From Takakia lepidozioides (Eukaryota; Plantae; Bryophyta): a DNA stretch of 64,000 nucleotides. The stretch's first letter is position 1, and each line of letters begins with the position of its first letter. The stretch spans positions 35,464,001-35,528,000 of the forward strand of contig CM060731.1 in the NCBI GenBank assembly GCA_030704615.1, given 5' to 3'. The position numbers and the translations under genes were made by a program. Below the pieces are notes generated by a model. That model made no database searches and was not told the DNA's origin. It saw nothing but the letters and a program-made list of their open reading frames with translations. This document shows, piece by piece, positions 62,301 through 64,000 of the stretch.

Positions 62301-63449
62301 ATCTTGGCGACCACCGCTTCCACCAAGCGGCTGATGGACTCTCCCGACAGCTCTGTGGTCGCCCGAGTCATGTTCAATTGTCGGGGCTTTGCGCACTTCT
62401 TAGCCATGTGCCCGGGCTCGCAATTAAAGCACACTCCATCGAAGGTCACATTTTGTCTGCCATAAGGCGTCGCACCTGATTTTCCTTTCGGAGCACCGAG
62501 TGTCGTCTTGGCGTGTGAAGGCCCTCCCTTCGATTTCCACGTGCCATTGTTGCCGCGTGGCCTATCCCACTTCTTTTCCGGTCGAAATGAGTCACCATCC
62601 CGCCGGGTCTTCTTGTGGTTCAGCTCCGTACGGCCTTGTACTTCGCCCTTAGGGACATCCGAGAAGCATTCAGCCCTCTCAATTGCCTCGTTCAAAGTCT
62701 TAGGTGGCTTCTCCTCCAACTTCCGCTTGGCCCATGGGGCCAGTCCCGCCACAAAGTTGAAGACCATTTCTAGTTCTGCCCTGTCCGCAACTTCCAGCAA
62801 CAGCATATTGAAAGCCTGAACATATCCCCGAATGTCATCTGTTTGCTTCACATTCTTCATCTTGTCCCGGGCAAGTCAGGACGCGTTGAGAGGCACAAAC
62901 TGTCTCTTCATCAGTTCCTTAAACCCACTCCAGTTCAAGGTGTCCGGGTTTGGACCTCGGTCGTGAAGGCGTTTCTGCCACCATTGTTGAGCATAGCCCA
63001 TTAAATAGGTGGGAGCCACTTCCACCCAATCCTCGTCACTCAACTTGGCCGCCGGAAGTACTGCTCTAGCTCCAAGAGCCAGGTTTTGAGTGCCTTCGAT
63101 TTCGGACGCCCTCGAAGGTGTCGGGTTCCTTAGGCTTCACCTTAAATTTTGCCTTAGTGGAAGTGGCATTAGCCGCCTTCAACATGTCTTTCAACATCCC
63201 GCCAAACTACGCCAACAACCCTTCCCAAAAGGCTGCTAGCATGGGAGACATATGTTGGTCTGTCGGAGCTCTCAGGGATTCCTCGGGCTCCGACTCCTCA
63301 GATTTCTCCCGTTCTTGAGCGGCCTCACTTTCAAAAGCATGCATCGCTTCGTCAAATGGCCGCTTCGGTGACACGTCGCCCCCATCGGGCTCACCAGGAA
63401 AATCATCTTTCGGGCCGTTCCGCTTTCGCTTTGGCTTGCCCGACCCCAT
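59325..63449 (-). pseudogene. gag-pol polyprotein, copy 3
   Basis: ORFs 61703-62860 (gag/protease), 61280-61696 and 59604-61406 (RT-RH-IN, YIDD), 59325-59748. Confidence 0.93.
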
Positions 63450-63504
63450 GATGAGGCCAAACCCAAGGACGACCGCGTACTGAACTCTAAGCTCTGATAC
63501 CAAG

Positions 63505-64000
63505 TGTCGCGTACCTCACTTCGGTAAGTTCCCCTTCAAGTCATAGTTACTCGCTTTGATGCGCTCGCCTAACTCCCAACCTGGCCGCTGGGCCAACTTG
63601 GAACTTCGGCTACTCACCGAGACATAACGGTCCCCCTTTACTCTTCCACCAGACCCTCCACCAATCTGGGCCTAGTGGAAATTCCCTTTGGTAGATGGCA
63701 GTCCGGAATAGCTCCCCACTCCTTGGTCGTTTACCGGCTCGCTCGCTTACTCACTAGTTTTTGGTCACCAACAGGCTTGCACCGTTCTCGGGGTTACTAC
63801 TCCCTATATATACTTCTGTGACTGTCCGCGGGGTTTTCACAAACAACCATGTCATTTTATGGTGAACCACCACGAAGACCCTCGATTCCCGGTGATGAGT
63901 CACGGTGAGTCTTGGCCCTCCCACCATGGCCCCATTGGACCGTGATGAGTCCCAAGACTCCCATGACTCCCACCACAAGGTCTCCGCCCATGGTGAGTCC
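63505..64000 (-). repeat. 5' LTR, copy 3 (partial)
   Basis: Direct repeat of 57323 onward; adjacent PBS TGGTATCAGAGC on the minus strand. Confidence 0.93.

Larger units (their letters stand above)
57323..64000 (-). mobile_element. Ty3/gypsy chromovirus, copy 3, with internal inversion; 5' LTR runs off the window
   Basis: 3' LTR 57323-58048, PBS 63491-63502, 5' LTR from 63505; gag-pol 63449-59325; segment 58111-59324 inverted. Confidence 0.95.

Overview
Eukaryotic, plant-type DNA, most likely from a non-seed land plant (bryophyte-like transposon families, GT-AG introns); no prokaryotic features. One intact host gene is present: a six-exon U-box/ARM-repeat E3 ligase of the SAUL1/PUB43-44 type (28292-34178, minus strand). 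Most of the rest is nested transposable elements. These are three copies of a young chromodomain Ty3/gypsy family (9909-16841, 48460-55381, 57323->64000), an older Tcn1-like chromovirus (9605-20694), a PIF/Harbinger element split by a 3.65-kb inversion, a CACTA element, a LINE 3' fragment, and hAT-, TA- and TTAA(piggyBac)-type MITEs. The standout is a decayed Ty3/gypsy retrotransposon (about 36318-44900, minus strand) whose polyprotein carries a C5-cytosine DNA methyltransferase domain (DNMT3-like motifs I, IV, VI, VIII, IX, X) between gag and RT, plus a PHD finger fused after integrase. It is thus a retroelement encoding both a chromatin reader and a DNA-methylation writer. All calls come from manual reading and translation; no database searches were run.
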